Of a stretch of 64,000 nt of DNA, positions 14,521-27,304 are shown piece by piece (the first letter of the stretch is position 1; each line of letters opens with the position of its first letter). Origin of the DNA: Eledone cirrhosa (taxonomy: Eukaryota); NCBI GenBank assembly GCA_964016885.1, contig OZ024746.1, positions 80,848,001 to 80,912,000 of the forward strand, read 5' to 3'. Under the pieces are notes generated by a model, which did no database searches, was not told the origin of the DNA, and saw nothing but the letters and a program-made list of their open reading frames with translations. A program made the translations under genes and the position numbers.

Positions 14521-17500
14521 TTTCACAGTGGCAGAGACACATGTAAGTAGTATTCACATCAACAGTACAGATTGTCATGATAAGAAAGGATTTTTTCAAT
14601 CAGTCACCCTGTGTTCTTGTTTTACTTAAGCAGCACCAATGAGAGCTATCAAGGTGCTACTCCAATCACATGATGAACCAACAGGACTCAAAGGACTCTT
14701 TACATGGTTTCTCAATCTGCTAGAAATAATAGCCTTGTTTCCTTTAAATCACACCATACTGCCTTAAAAACTGATATCTGAGACTGCATGGGTCAATGTA
14801 ATATTAGATAAGTAAACCATAAAAAACAAAAGATGGGATAGTCATGAATGGAATGCCTTTTGAACACTTTTCATTGGTCTACTTAATTATGGCTTGCCTG
14901 GAGTTAAACAATGACAACAGGTATATCAAGATAAGTAAACTACTAATGATATGTCAGTACTGCTACAATAATTCTTCTGATATCAAATAATTAGCAATCA
15001 TACTTCTGTCACATATATTCTTATTGGTCTCTTTAGAATAGTCTTACAGGAAATGGTAGTCTCTTGAATTGAAAGGCAATACACTTCACTATATTTGTTT
15101 TCTATAACCCTTGTTGTTATTGGCATGAAGTTATACTTCTTTTCAGTTTTGGCATTGTGTGCTGGAACAGAAAGAACATTTCCATAAGGAACATATAAAA
15201 GAGATAACAACTTTATAAACCTTAATGTAGACAACCTGTCTAAGAGAAAGCTAACTTTAAATAAAAACACTGTCAAAGATTGTAAGGGACTTTCTAATGC
15301 CAGTAGCACTCTAAGATGTACCCAGTTCATACTGTAAAGTGGTTGGTGATAGGAAGGACATCCAATCATTAAAAAACAAAATGACAAAAACATGGCATAT
15401 ACAACAAAGATGATCAGTTTTCTTTGCGTCGCTGTGTGTGTCCTATGACAAACGACCATGGTGAGTTGTGAGATGCTGTGAGATTTGACGATTTAAAAAT
15501 GTAGTGTTTAGAGAAGACAGTAGCAGTGTATAAAATGTAGATTGAGGCAGCAACACATCTGCGGGAAAGAAACTGAAGTGTGTTGGTAAACAGTTACATG
15601 TCAATCAGTATAGGATGTGTGTATGTGTAACAGCAATACTGTACTATACAATATGGGGAGCATTATTCCATTATCTACTTCTGTCCTGTAAAGTGATAGT
15701 GCTTTGTGGCATAGAGTTATGGCCCTTTATATTCTGAATTCAAATCCTGCCGAGGTTAGCTTTGCCTTTCATCCCTATGGGGTCGATAAAGTAAAGTACC
15801 AGTCCCACACAGGGGTCGATTTAATCAACTTTCCCCTACCCTAAAAATGCTGGCCTTGTGCCTAAATCAGAAACCATTATTCCATTATGTGGAATGGACC
15901 TTTTTCAGTTTCCACGATGTATGTTGCAGTTGTTTGATCAACAAATCAACCTACTAGTGAAATTAATATGTAAATGGTTGAGCTTCCAAACAGCTTCTGT
16001 CTATCCAATTTCCCTTTCAGAGCATGGCTAGACCTGAGGCTAAGGTAAATGATATTTAGCCAAGATACCACACAGTAGGGTTGCACCCTGAACCTAATGA
16101 TTGTATGTTAATCATTTGTCTGTGTTGTCTTGAACTTTATATAAGGTTATATTGTTGTTGTTGATGATGATGATGATATATATTAGGCATTGTAACATCC
16201 AGTTAGTGTAGGTTCACCAAAGTGAGCACTTGATGCATAGTTTCCAGTAGGTATAAAGGTAATATACGCACACACACATATATAATATGAGTGTGTGTAT
16301 GTATCTCTACTTGTAAATATAACTCTTTATCTACTTCCACCGTGTAAGGTGCTGCTGCTGCCATCACTAAAAGAACCCAGTCCACCCTGTTAGGTAGTAG
16401 TGTTGGTGGTACCATAAAACAAATCTGTATATGCTGTAAAGTAGTTGTCATTAGGAAGGGCATCTAGCCATAGAAAAACCAAGCCAAAAATGGAATACAC
16501 AAGCCTTAGTATGTGACAACCCATTTAACCCATGCATGATGATAATTATAGTAAAGTTAACCAATATTTAATGAAAGACTTAAACTACTTCTTTTATTTA
16601 TGTACAATGATATGTTTGTTATATTTAGATAATTATTGTTAAAAATACAATGGCGTACTCTATTGATTGGAATCTTGCTATTCAAAATACTTGCTTGTTA
16701 GTGTTTTGTGGTGATTGTGTTCTTTAAAGGGAAAAATTAACATTTGAGGTGTGTTGAAGAAAATGAAAATTAGAATATTTTTGGAACATTGAATATTTTA
16801 TAGCTATTTTGCCTGTTAAATGTTGTTAAAATGTTATTGATACTTGGCTAGAAGTCACACAAATAATGCGGTGATATGTTTTTTTTTATTTTTTGTTTTA
16901 GTTTGATTAAATTATTGTAGTTCTGGTTAAGGTAGAACACTGTTATCACTGCTCTCTGAGTTCAAATCCTGCTGAGGTCAACTTTGCCTTTCATCCATTT
17001 AAGGTCAATTAAAAAAATACCAGTCTAGTACTGGGGTTGATTCTTCCTCTATTTCTCTTTCTAACTTCCTTTCTTTGTTCTTCTCTGGAAGAATTCTACT
17101 GTATTCCGACTTGGAGAGGAGATGGTCTTCACCAGGTTTAAACAAATGCCCTAGAAACGCCATATGATAATATGCTGCCCCTACAACTGAGAGTAATGCA
17201 AAAAATCTGTTGCAGTATATATATATATATATATTTTTTTTTCATTCTGATTTTGAATTCCACCAAGGTCAATTTTAACTTTCATTATTCCAGATTCAAT
17301 AAATAAATAAGTACCAGTAAAATACTAAGGTTTGATATAATCATTTATACCACAGCATTAAAATTTGAGGCTTTTTCTTATATCAGAAGTCAATATTTGT
17401 ATGGTGTGGTCAATTATAAATTGGATAAAATGCTTTGTGTTATTTTTACATTCTGTGTTGAAATCCTACTGAGGTCAACTCCTCCCTTTACCCTTCCATG

Positions 17501-19176
17501 TTTGATAAAATAAAGTACCACTTGCTGTTGTGTGAAGGAATGTGGTTTAGTGGTTAGGGTGTTAGGCTCACAATTGTAAGATTGTGAGTTAAATTCCTGA
17601 GTTGAATGACACTTTATTTCATATTGTTCCAGTCTACTTGACCCCCCCCCCCCCCAAAAAAAAACGAGTTTCAATAAAATGGATGCCAAGCTGTAATGGC
17701 ATTTTCTTTTCCTTTGGACAACATTGGTGGTGTGGAAAGAGGAAACTTGCTCAGGTTTGTGCCTTAAAAAGGCAAACCCATGGTTAGTCTGTTAAGGGTA
17801 CAAATCCAACGGTCAGTTATGATTGAAGGGAGTTTCTTCATCTTCTGTTATTGTTTAGCTCCAGGTCAAGCCCAATCAAGTAGACCTATGGATAAAGGTA
17901 TTCTAGCCATAACCATATTGTCCAATGTACAGGGAAGCCAAACACCATACATACAATGTACTTTTTTAATGATGGAGTGAAGTGTTTAATTAAAAAGGGA
18001 AGAAAACAGTCATTTAGTGCTACTGGAAGTTTTGAAACGAAACATTATATATTTTAAAATGATGCTTTTTGAGACAACACATATCTCTAAATTTGTGATT
18101 AATTAATTTCTGTTATCATAAAATTAATTACTGTTTAAAATTTTTTATTTGTTGCTTAAATTAATTTTCAATTAATTCTGCCCACTGGCAGTTGAACTGT
18201 TACTTCACTGAAAACACATTGATGCAAAAAGGTGATTAAAAGCTTTTATTGAACACTACAAAGCAGAAAAGACTTTAAAAGAATCATAATTTTTTATCTT
18301 TCCAGATTATTTAAAATAATTTAATTTTAATATTTGTATTACTTCACACAAATCACCTGTTTTGCAAATAAAACATTTTCATCTCAACTTACATTGTGCA
18401 CTAAATTTATAACATGAACATTTGAAAGTATCTACCTCATACCTATCTATTGATACATCCATCCAGTCACCCACATATATGTATGTGTGTGTGTGTGTGT
18501 GTGTGTATCAGTAAAAAATAACATGTGTAACTTGTAAAAGACACACAAGCATCAGAAAAGGCAGATTAATGGACAGTTCCTGCTCAGCAGCTGTCTTCTG
18601 AGTCTCCATAGTTTTGGATACTTTAAAGACAGGATTATTCTTCCCAGCACTTGTATAGTTTCTAAAGAAAGAAAGCTATTTAGGATGAAAACACAACAGG
18701 TACTGGACAAGGCAACAATGGTATAGATCAGTTCTTTTCGACTCATTAGTGAGGGAAACAAGACTAAATATTTATATACTCATATGGGACAGGAACATTG
18801 CTACAATCAAATGCAAGAATAATGCAACACACAAATGTAAGAGGAATAGAGAGATTAATACAAGTTAGTTCGAGCTTCAAAACTTATATATGTAATAATT
18901 TTTTTAAATATATATTTGAAAAGAAATAGGATTTCGCTTCAAGCATAGCTTTATACAATATGTATAAATATTTCGTATCTCCAAAGAAATACGGTTTTAG
19001 GAAGCCGTAGCTATGCAAACACCGGGGGGAGGGGCTAACGCCCTCTGGTGATGTCCAGCAGAAACAAAGGGGACAACCGTCTATGCATTTCAGGCTTAAC
19101 TGGCCATCGTCAGGACGGTCCCTCCCACCGCTTGCAAAGTTTTTGACATGAAATTGTGTGTCGAAACAAATATTGT

Positions 19177-19375
19177 TATACTTGGGGAGAGTCATATTGT
19201 TATAATATTGCCAGAAATAATAACAACACACTCACACTAAATTAACTATGGAGACATAAAAGATGCAGAAAACGAAAACCAAACCAAACAGTGAGTGTGT
19301 TCTGTTATTATTTCTAGTAATATGACCGTCCCCAAGTGGAAATATTTCTGGTAATATGACCGTCCCCAAGTGTAT
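19177..19375. mobile_element. Small MITE-like element with ~55-bp imperfect inverted repeats and a duplicated right terminus
   Basis: 'acttggggagagtcatatt...ccagaaataataacaacacactcac' versus 'gtgagtgtgttctgttattatttctagtaatatgaccgtccccaagt'. The last ~30 bp are repeated at 19344-19372. Flanked by TA. Confidence 0.65.
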
Positions 19376-19847
19376 ATATACATATATATATATGTGCATA
19401 CACACTGTGAATCAGTCTAAAAGAAGTATTCCATACCTCTATATGTCATAAGAACTAACTAAAAGAGTTAGTGTCAGGAATGGTATACAGCTGTAAAATA
19501 TTGCTCCAAAAAGTACCATCTAACCCATACCAGCAAAGAAAGGTTGATGTAAAAACGATCATGATGATATATATATATACGTATATATATAATCCTCTTA
19601 AAACACACAAGCTGACATTTTAGCCGTGTCATGCTCAAGTCATGATAGAAAAAAATTGTTCACAAGCAGATAAGGTACGTGAGGTTGATAAATTTATTTT
19701 CTCACAGGAACCAATTTTCTAACCACAATCTTATACATAAACTCACATAATATGTAGCTCTACATGTAATTTAAATACTTTTTTTCTGTATTGAATATTT
19801 TATGATTATTCAAATGACATAGGTATGGCTAGAAACAGGCATGGCTG

Positions 19848-20010
19848 TGTGGCTAAGAACTTTGTTTCACAGTCAGATAATTTATGGTTTAATCTGACTG
19901 CATGGTACATTGGACATGTCTTCTTTTATAATCTTTAGCTGACAAAGGCTTTATGAATGAGATTGGTAAACAGAAACTCATTGTGTTTATATATATATAT
20001 ATATATATAT
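19848..20010 (+). mobile_element. SINE family C (tRNA/CORE-like, (TA)n tail), degraded
   Basis: 'ggcatggctgtgtggctaagaac...ggtttaatctgactgcatggtacattggacatgtcttct...gaaactc' followed by (TA)n. Relatives at 33460-33660 (+), 15985-16100 (-), 28365-28520 (-) and 52140-52265 (-). Confidence 0.7.
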
Positions 20011-20404
20011 ATAGTAATAATAATAAAATTGAAAACTAAAATCCAAAGAGGGCTCGATAAGGAAAATATATATCAAATATATAAGAACCGTAGAGCAAAT
20101 ATTTATTAAAATAACAGATTAAAGTTTAAGCAAAGAATCGCTGCTTTCACCCTTAACGGGATCTTCTGAAACTAACAAAGTCAATCTGTAAACGCAGAAG
20201 TGGATATTTCAAAAAACGTTGCAACCGGAGGAAGACAGGAAGACGATACTTTGGTTCGTGGTAACGTTCGCTGGCAAAGAACGGGAAAAAACGAATAATA
20301 CGTCATTAATAGGAGCGGTGAAAAACAATTACGCGCAAAGACAGAACCACGTTCATGGTATAAAAGAGGTCGTAGACTAATGTTCTCTTAGGTGGTGCAT
20401 AGAG
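20011..20404 (-). repeat. 3' pseudo-LTR of the Penelope-like element
   Basis: Direct repeat of 23272-23665 (offset 3261), with about 4 mismatches by eye. Confidence 0.95.
20123..20173 (-). ncRNA. Type I hammerhead-like ribozyme in the pLTR (variant core CAGAAGA)
   Basis: Minus strand: agttt-CAGAAGA-t-ccc-gttaa-ggg-t-GAAA-gca-gcgattctt-tgc-TT-aaact. Stems I (5 bp), II and III all pair. U4 is replaced by A. Confidence 0.7.
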
Positions 20405-21101
20405 ACGTTCTCTGGCAATGAACGAAAAAACGAAGATAATAAGTCATATGTGGAGCGTGGAGAACAATAGCACGCAAAGAGAAAACCACGTAAATGGTAT
20501 AGCAGAAGTCGTAGACTCAAATTCTAACTAGGAGACCAAATGAATCTCCGCTACAGAGTTAAGAACAAAGTAAATAAATACAATACAGAAGTAATAGAAA
20601 CAAATAAATACATACACGCAACCAGATACGTACATACACAAGCATACGCAAAACCTTACCATAGGTATACAAAACCACGCACATATAAATATGTGTGTGT
20701 GTGTATGCTTGTGTACAAATAAATAAATAATTATATAAACGTATATAAGTAAATAAATACGTATATAACAAGCGCACACGCATACCTACATATAAATACA
20801 CGAATGTTCGGAGACGTAAGCCAACTAAAACAAGAAGTACACATATACACACACTCACCATACGTACGAACCTGCATACTCACGCAGACGCAAAACTCCC
20901 GTATACACATAGCCAAACCCTAAGTACCAGAATATGTAAAAATTATACGCCATAACAGTCAAATATACGTACGAGAAGGTATACATACCTTCACAAAACA
21001 TACGGGTAATATATACTTACCTATGCAAATAAGTAAAGGAATAAACAAAACATATACTTAGCTCCCACATCAAGACGTAAAATATCCACGTATAGATCGT
21101 G

Positions 21102-23230
21102 CTATCCGTTGGGGTATAACGTGGGGCTGTAATACAGGAAAGTTTTGTGCAATTTATGTTTACAAGCCGAAATTGCCTCAGATTTTTTGTTTAAGATGTG
21201 GTCACTGGCGTAGAGTATTTCCAGGGCCTCAGCGGCGCAGAGGTCACATGGTCTTTTATTTCCGTTATACGATCTAGCCCTAGCTAGGATCTCCCAGTGT
21301 AACTTATATTGGGTGTGGTTGTCTTTTAGACTCCAGATATAAGCTGAAAGTGACGTCATATTCCTTCTTAGAGGGTAACGAAAAGAATGGGTATGCATGT
21401 AAAGACGCTGCTTGAAACTATTGGCGGTTAACCCTATGTAGGCCCTACGGGACGTGGGTGTTACAACCTTACATTTGTAGACAATGTTACTAGAGAGGCA
21501 TTTCCCGGTTAGAGGGCAATCAGCCCGATTCCTACAATTACAGTTACTACTAACTACAGGGTTGCACGTGTTCCTACGGCTAGGTAGTTTAGCTAAATTT
21601 GAAGCTGTGATGTTATGTGCAAGGTTAGGAGTCGTAGAGTAAGAAATTTTAATAGTATTTCTATTAAAAATGTTACTATATTTATGTGTAGGGGGAAATG
21701 CTTCGTAATAAGGGAAAGAAAGATCTTAGCTAATGGTGTGGCCACCTCCATATTATATGGTGGGTTAAACCAACAAATGCGACGGGATCTATTTCTTCTA
21801 GGTCTATTTTCGTACTCTGTATATGCTACCTTATCGACAAATCCACTTCGAGCAAGAGCTTCATTGTAATAAGTGGAATGGTCGTTGAAAATGCGCTCGT
21901 TGGTGGAAAGACGGGAAAGCCTCAACGAAACGTTTCTTACCAGGTTCTTGGTTATGCTGGCAGGATGGTTGGAATGCTTACTTATGTAATTAAGCGTATC
22001 ATTCGGCTTTCTATACGGGTAATACAACCCATTCAATAAATTGAGGGTAACGTCGAGGTAATTAACGACCGAGAGATTGGCCTCAACCTGTATAGAGAGG
22101 TTGAAGCCTTTAAAGAAGGCTGTGAGTTCTTTTCTGAACCTGTCGCAAGCGCGAGGTCCGCACTTAGTCATGGTCAAAAGACCATCGTCACGGTACAAAC
22201 CACCGCCCGCGTTGGGGAATTCGTCCTTGATAGAGAAAAGAAGGAAAAGGCCAATAAGATCAGTAACCTCCGCAGAGTCACTGGCGCCCATACTCACGTC
22301 GACTGGGGTACTATTGGATTTTTTAATCCAAATAGAGTCGTCGAAATTAATCACCGACTTACGGGCATTAAGGATGACATCAACTTCAAAATCCTTAACC
22401 ACTGTGAGTGTTTTAGCGAAATTGATAGCTCTAAGGAGAAGCGGTAAAGTGATGGAGAAGTAGTAATTGTTGATGTCGAATTGGATAAAACGGCAATGTT
22501 CCTTGTTACATATGCCGTTGAACCAATCAATCACCGCGAAAGAATTGTTCCACAGTGCGAGAGGGGCCAAACTTCTAATTTCAGGTATAATTCTATCAAG
22601 AATCGTTTTACTAAGTCTACCTAAATCGGACTTCGTAGGGTTAATAAGCCGAATAGAGGGGTTGTTCGGAAAATTGTATTTGTGATCCTTCAGGGTAAAG
22701 TGGGGAGAGATAGGGTCCAGAGGTTCGGTCCGGTCCAGGATGTTGAGATCAGATGTGATTTTAAACCCAGCATCGTTGATTTCATTGATGACGCACCGAT
22801 TAGTTTTACGGTAATCCTTAGTTACAGCATTATGTAGTAGTTGATGGTAAGTACTGCGCTCCACTTGATATAGGTTGCCAGTTTTGTCGGAATGGACGTG
22901 CACGGCGTTGGAATCCTTAATAGAACGAATTCTATTCTTCAGGTCTTGCTGGAAGGAATTGCTCCTATTCCGAAATTTGATATTCCGAATGAGTTCCAAG
23001 ACATCATTTTCGAAGGGTAGCAATGCTGGGTTCCACGGAGGGTTATTATAGGTTTTAAATCCAAATTTATCCTGTTTGTTGTCTGCTTTTCGCGGATTAT
23101 CGAAATAAAAGGCACGCCAACGCAACCTTTTAATGAACGCGTCTGTTTTCTGTATCAGGAGTTTTAGGTATGTTTTCCTGCTTTGTACGGGTATGTTCTT
23201 TGTAGAAATATTCAGATGTTGTTTCTGCAT
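21102..23230 (-). CDS. Penelope-like reverse transcriptase / GIY-YIG endonuclease polyprotein (~709 aa if one frameshift at 21691-21695 is corrected)
   Basis: N-terminal 'STKNIP...FIKRLRWRAF'. RT motifs 'FIQFDINNYY', 'MGASDSAEVTDLIG', 'GLYRDDGL' and 'NYLDVTLNL'. After the shift: 'CNCRNRADCPLTGKCLSSNIVYKCKV...AYIGLTANSFKQRLYMHTHSF...CDLCAAE'. Confidence 0.93.
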
Positions 23231-23271
23231 GATGAATATAAGTCAGTAGAGTGCTCAACAGAAGGAGCCAA

Positions 23272-23665
23272 ATAGTACTAATAATTAAATTGAAGACTAA
23301 AATCCAAAGAGGGCTCGATAAGGAAAATATATATCAAATATATAAGAACCGTAGAGCAAATATTTATTAAAATAACAGATTAAAGTTTAAGCAAAGAATC
23401 GCTGCTTTCACCCTTAACGGGATCTTCTGAAACTAACAAAGTCAATCTGTAAACGCAGAACTGGATATTTCAAAAAACGTTGCAACCGGAGGAAGACAGG
23501 AAGACGATACTTTGGTTCGTGGTAACGTTCGCTGGCAAAGAACGGGAAAAAACGAATAATACGTCATTAATAGGAGCGGTGAAAAACAATTACGCGCAAA
23601 GACAGAACCACGTTCATGGTATAAAAGAGGTCGTAGACTAATGTTCTCTTAGGTGGTGCATAGAG
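23272..23665 (-). repeat. 5' pseudo-LTR of the Penelope-like element (second hammerhead copy at 23384-23434)
   Basis: Direct repeat of 20011-20404. Lies ~41 nt upstream of the ORF ATG. Confidence 0.95.
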
Positions 23666-23936
23666 GAGAGAGAGAGAGAGAGATACAAATATATATATAT
23701 ATAGATATATATATATATATAGAAAGAGATACACATTTAGTTCATAGACACTGATAGTCACTAAATTTGTTAGACTGGTGATGTTCTATACTAGAATGAA
23801 TCAGATAGAAATATAAGCAGAACAGGTGTATGCAGGGCAGATATTGCCATTAAAGCCAATTAAATAGCTGCCTAGCATGCTCACCTCATAGGGGTGCATT
23901 ATTAAACCTTTAGACAAATTCATATAATTAATTAAA

Positions 23937-24500
23937 TCATCATCATCATCTTTTTCTGTCCCTTTTTTTCCATGCTTGCTTAGGTTAGATATGTCCTTTT
24001 CAACACAGCATCTCTCCACTTGTCACATTCCTTTGTCATCTTCTCTGTGAGCAATTTGAGATCAGCTTGCACCACCTCCGCCCAGGTCTTCCTTGGTCTA
24101 CATCTACTGGAGCTTCTTTCCACTGGGATTCCCTGGCACTTCTTCACCCAGCAATCATCATCCATGTACATCACATGTACTATTATGCTCTTGAAGCACC
24201 CTCCTCCACTGCTAATTAGGTCACCTAAATAGCAGAAGCTATGACCCTCTTCTATGGATCCTTCATGTTATTGGAAAAGGTTTATATCACTGATGCTCTT
24301 CCTGTCATTTATCCTTGTACATCTATCACACGTGAAAACTTCCTTTCCTGTTAGTCTGCCTGCTATCTCTTTATACCTCTTGTGTACCCAAGATTTGCAT
24401 TGTGTACATTATATAGAGTTTCTGCCTACTCTTTTTCTGCATATCGAGCAGGGCCACTTTCCTGATGGGAACAAGGCCCTATCTTCTTTCTTGCTTAGCA
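23937..24500 (-). mobile_element. RTE-clade LINE fragment (internally deleted) including a PHD-like Cys/His finger
   Basis: Minus-strand translation: 'SGKWPCSICRKRVGRNSI*CTQCKSWVHKRY...FTCDRC', 'SFCYLGDLISSGGGC' and 'WVKKC...RPRKTWAEVVQADL...KWRDAVLKRT', then a (GAT)n tail. Confidence 0.85.
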
Positions 24501-25169
24501 ACATTCCTACAGTCAATAAATAAATTGCTAAAACATTTTTACTGCATTGTGGAAAATTTAAACTGATGAAGAGGGTCATATGGTGTTATGACTTGTCCCA
24601 TGATTTACGAGTGTTGATTAGTGGAAAATGTAGGCTTATTAATTTTCTTAGAGTGGAGAGAGCAAGAAGTATTAAAGTCTACATTCATCAGTTTACCAAA
24701 GAGTAAATTGAAATTATTTTATTTAGGAGAATGGAGTACGCAACACATTAAAGAGTTAGCCTAAAGTGCTAAATACCCAGATGCCAGCTCAGGGTGTATG
24801 ATGGTTTGTCATAAGATGAAATAGATACTAATGACTCACGTGTGTGGGTGGGGCACATTGTTTGAAGAAAGGTGTTATGTAAAACTGTTAGTTTTTACTT
24901 CATCTTACAACACACCAATGTGCACTTGTGTTTTTATTTGTAGTCCACAGATAATATTAGTTAGCTAGAAAACAGCAGTTAACATATGTACATGCATGTA
25001 TGTATTTATTCTAACTAGAGTACCATACAAAAACCTGCAGGAATTATCATCATCATCGCCATTGTCATCATTTTAACATCTGCTTTTTTCCATGTTAGTA
25101 TGGGTTGTAAAAGAATTTTTGAGGCAGTATTCTACAACCTCATCACTTTCCTGGTGCCAACTTATATTT

Positions 25170-25392
25170 GTTTTGTATTTAAATTGGCCGTATCTGGCCA
25201 GAATTCTCTCACCTCTTTCTGTTCAAACCAGCCATAACCGGCTGCTCATACTTTTGTTAAGGTATTGTTCTCAAAATAAATAATATCAAAATCTCATAGA
25301 TTCAATATTATTTGAGATAATTATGTGAAATAAAGTGTTTACAGTGAAAATACAATTGTAAATATAGAGTAATGTAAATGCTAAAAGGTTAA
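25170..25392. mobile_element. MITE family M2 copy (left end degraded)
   Basis: Homologous to 30908-31153. Ends 'taaatgctaaaaggttaa'. Confidence 0.75.
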
Positions 25393-27090
25393 GTACCTGT
25401 TCCACTGAACTTCACATATCAAACCAGTGATCTATCAGATATATTGTTTACGCAGAATATAAACAAATGCCACTGGCTGCCCATGTATTGTTAATGCAAA
25501 TACATGCAGAGACAAACACACACACATTGCATACACACATCACACACTCACATTCATATATATAGAAATCTTCAGATCCTGATTAACTGTATATAATTTA
25601 GTTCTGGTATGAAACAAACAATATGAGGACTTTATCTGGTTATTTCAATAAGTTTCTTAACTCCTTCATTACCATATTTTTAATGAAGGACACTGCTTAT
25701 GATTTTAAAATAATTTTGAAAATAATAAAGCATTTAAAGGGATTTTGTAATATAACTAAGTTTTTCATTATTAGCCTGTTGCTTAGAGCATAACTTGACA
25801 AAAGCTCTTACATAAAATTATTATGGTAGATATTCAGATAAATATAAATACAAGCAGTTTTGTATAATAGAACCATGGGCGGTTTTAGGTGGCTACAACA
25901 AGTTATAATTCAAAACCATTTCATGTAATAAACTAGTTTAGACACAAAATATAGTGGCAAGTATTAAAACTGATTGTATTTAGTATAAGAGGCATGACGG
26001 ATAAATTTGTTAAGGTAGTGAACATTACATTCAATTTTCAGTTTACAGTTTGTGTTGTGCATTTAGTTGTGGCCTATTACTTGGATCATTCTATCTAGCA
26101 ATAAAATAGATATTTATTGACTGGGATGAAAGGAGCATCCAGCCATGAGAAAACCATGATCCAACAATCCCTGGAAATATATTATTATTCAGAAACATCT
26201 AAATCATTCTAGTGTGAAATATTGGATGTGAAAAATGCTAGAATACTACAAGCACTCATCCTATTTAGTTGTTTGTTACATTTTTGATTGCTTGAATACA
26301 CATATGTATGAACAAATCACATGCTTATACTGCACATGCAAATGTATATAGCACATGCATACCATGAAGGCTTAGTGGTTAGGCTGTTTGTTTAAGATTG
26401 TGAAGACATTAGTTTGATTCCCAGCAGTGTTGTGTCCTTGATCAAAGCACTTTATTTCATGTTGCTCTAGTCCATTCAGCTAGAAAAAGATGTTCTGCCA
26501 GTATTTCAAAATGTGAGGCTGGTCATACACTGTGTCATGCTGAATCTCCCTGAGAATTATGTTTAGTGTATGTGTGTGTGGAATGTTCAGCTACTTACAT
26601 GTACATTTCATGAGTAACATATTCCTTTGTTCAAACAATTGGAACATTAGTCATTGGAACTAACAGAGGCCTCACTCACATCATGAAGCACACATGCATC
26701 ATATATGTACAAACCATGATAACCATCCAATCACATGTGCAAATACACTCATTCATCCACATAAAACACATATTTTTCTAAACACACTCAATTTCACACA
26801 GGTATTGCAATCATTCACTTATTGTCATTCCAGGAAATAAGCACATTACTCTTATTTATTTAGCTCCAAACACACACATCACACACCTGATCATTCATTC
26901 TGACATGATACCTGCATTCATATATGTAAAGCTATTTAACTAAGTATTGGTATTTCTGTATAATATAATTACTGTACCTGAGGGTAATCAAGGATATGGA
27001 TTGATTCCTGAAATACATGCAAAAGTGCAAATTTACTATCAAGCTCCTGTATATTAAATGTTATATTGAGTGGTTTTAACAGACAAACAT

Positions 27091-27137
<47 letters not shown>

Positions 27138-27304
27138 CACACAGACCTGCACACATACACAACATATCTGAAATTGCATTGGGAGTGACAGATAAGGAAG
27201 ATAAGTGCTTTTGTTCATTCGTCCTATGAGTAAATTCTTTTTTTGTGTGCAGATTTGCCACACACACACACATATATGTGTGTGTGTATCCTGGGCTCAA
27301 TCAG

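Larger units (their letters stand above)
20011..23665 (-). mobile_element. Penelope-like retroelement (Naiad-type), near full length, with tandem pseudo-LTRs
   Basis: RT plus C-terminal GIY-YIG ORF bracketed by 394-bp direct repeats. CpG-rich relative to flanks, and flanked by (TA)n and (GA)n(TA)n. Confidence 0.95.

Noticed and set aside
14998-15200. Possible hAT transposase dimerisation remnant ('VLSVPAHNAKTE')
   Set aside because: Only one short motif resembles the family, which is too weak without a profile search.
19046-19085. Hammerhead-like CTGGTGA...GAAAC...GTC
   Set aside because: The core is mutated and no stem I pairing could be found.
21102-21560. Selenocysteine recoding, reported for some Naiad elements
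   Set aside because: The conserved Cys positions read here are ordinary Cys codons and no in-frame TGA was seen in the reconstructed frame.
21688-21700. Programmed -1 frameshift at U-UUC-CCC between RT and endonuclease
   Set aside because: It is an atypical slippery heptamer and PLEs normally have one ORF. A homopolymer indel is simpler. It would be revived only if all copies share the shift.
20011-23665. LTR retrotransposon interpretation of the 394-bp direct repeats
   Set aside because: There are no TG...CA termini, gag, protease or integrase. The GIY-YIG domain and hammerhead identify pseudo-LTRs.
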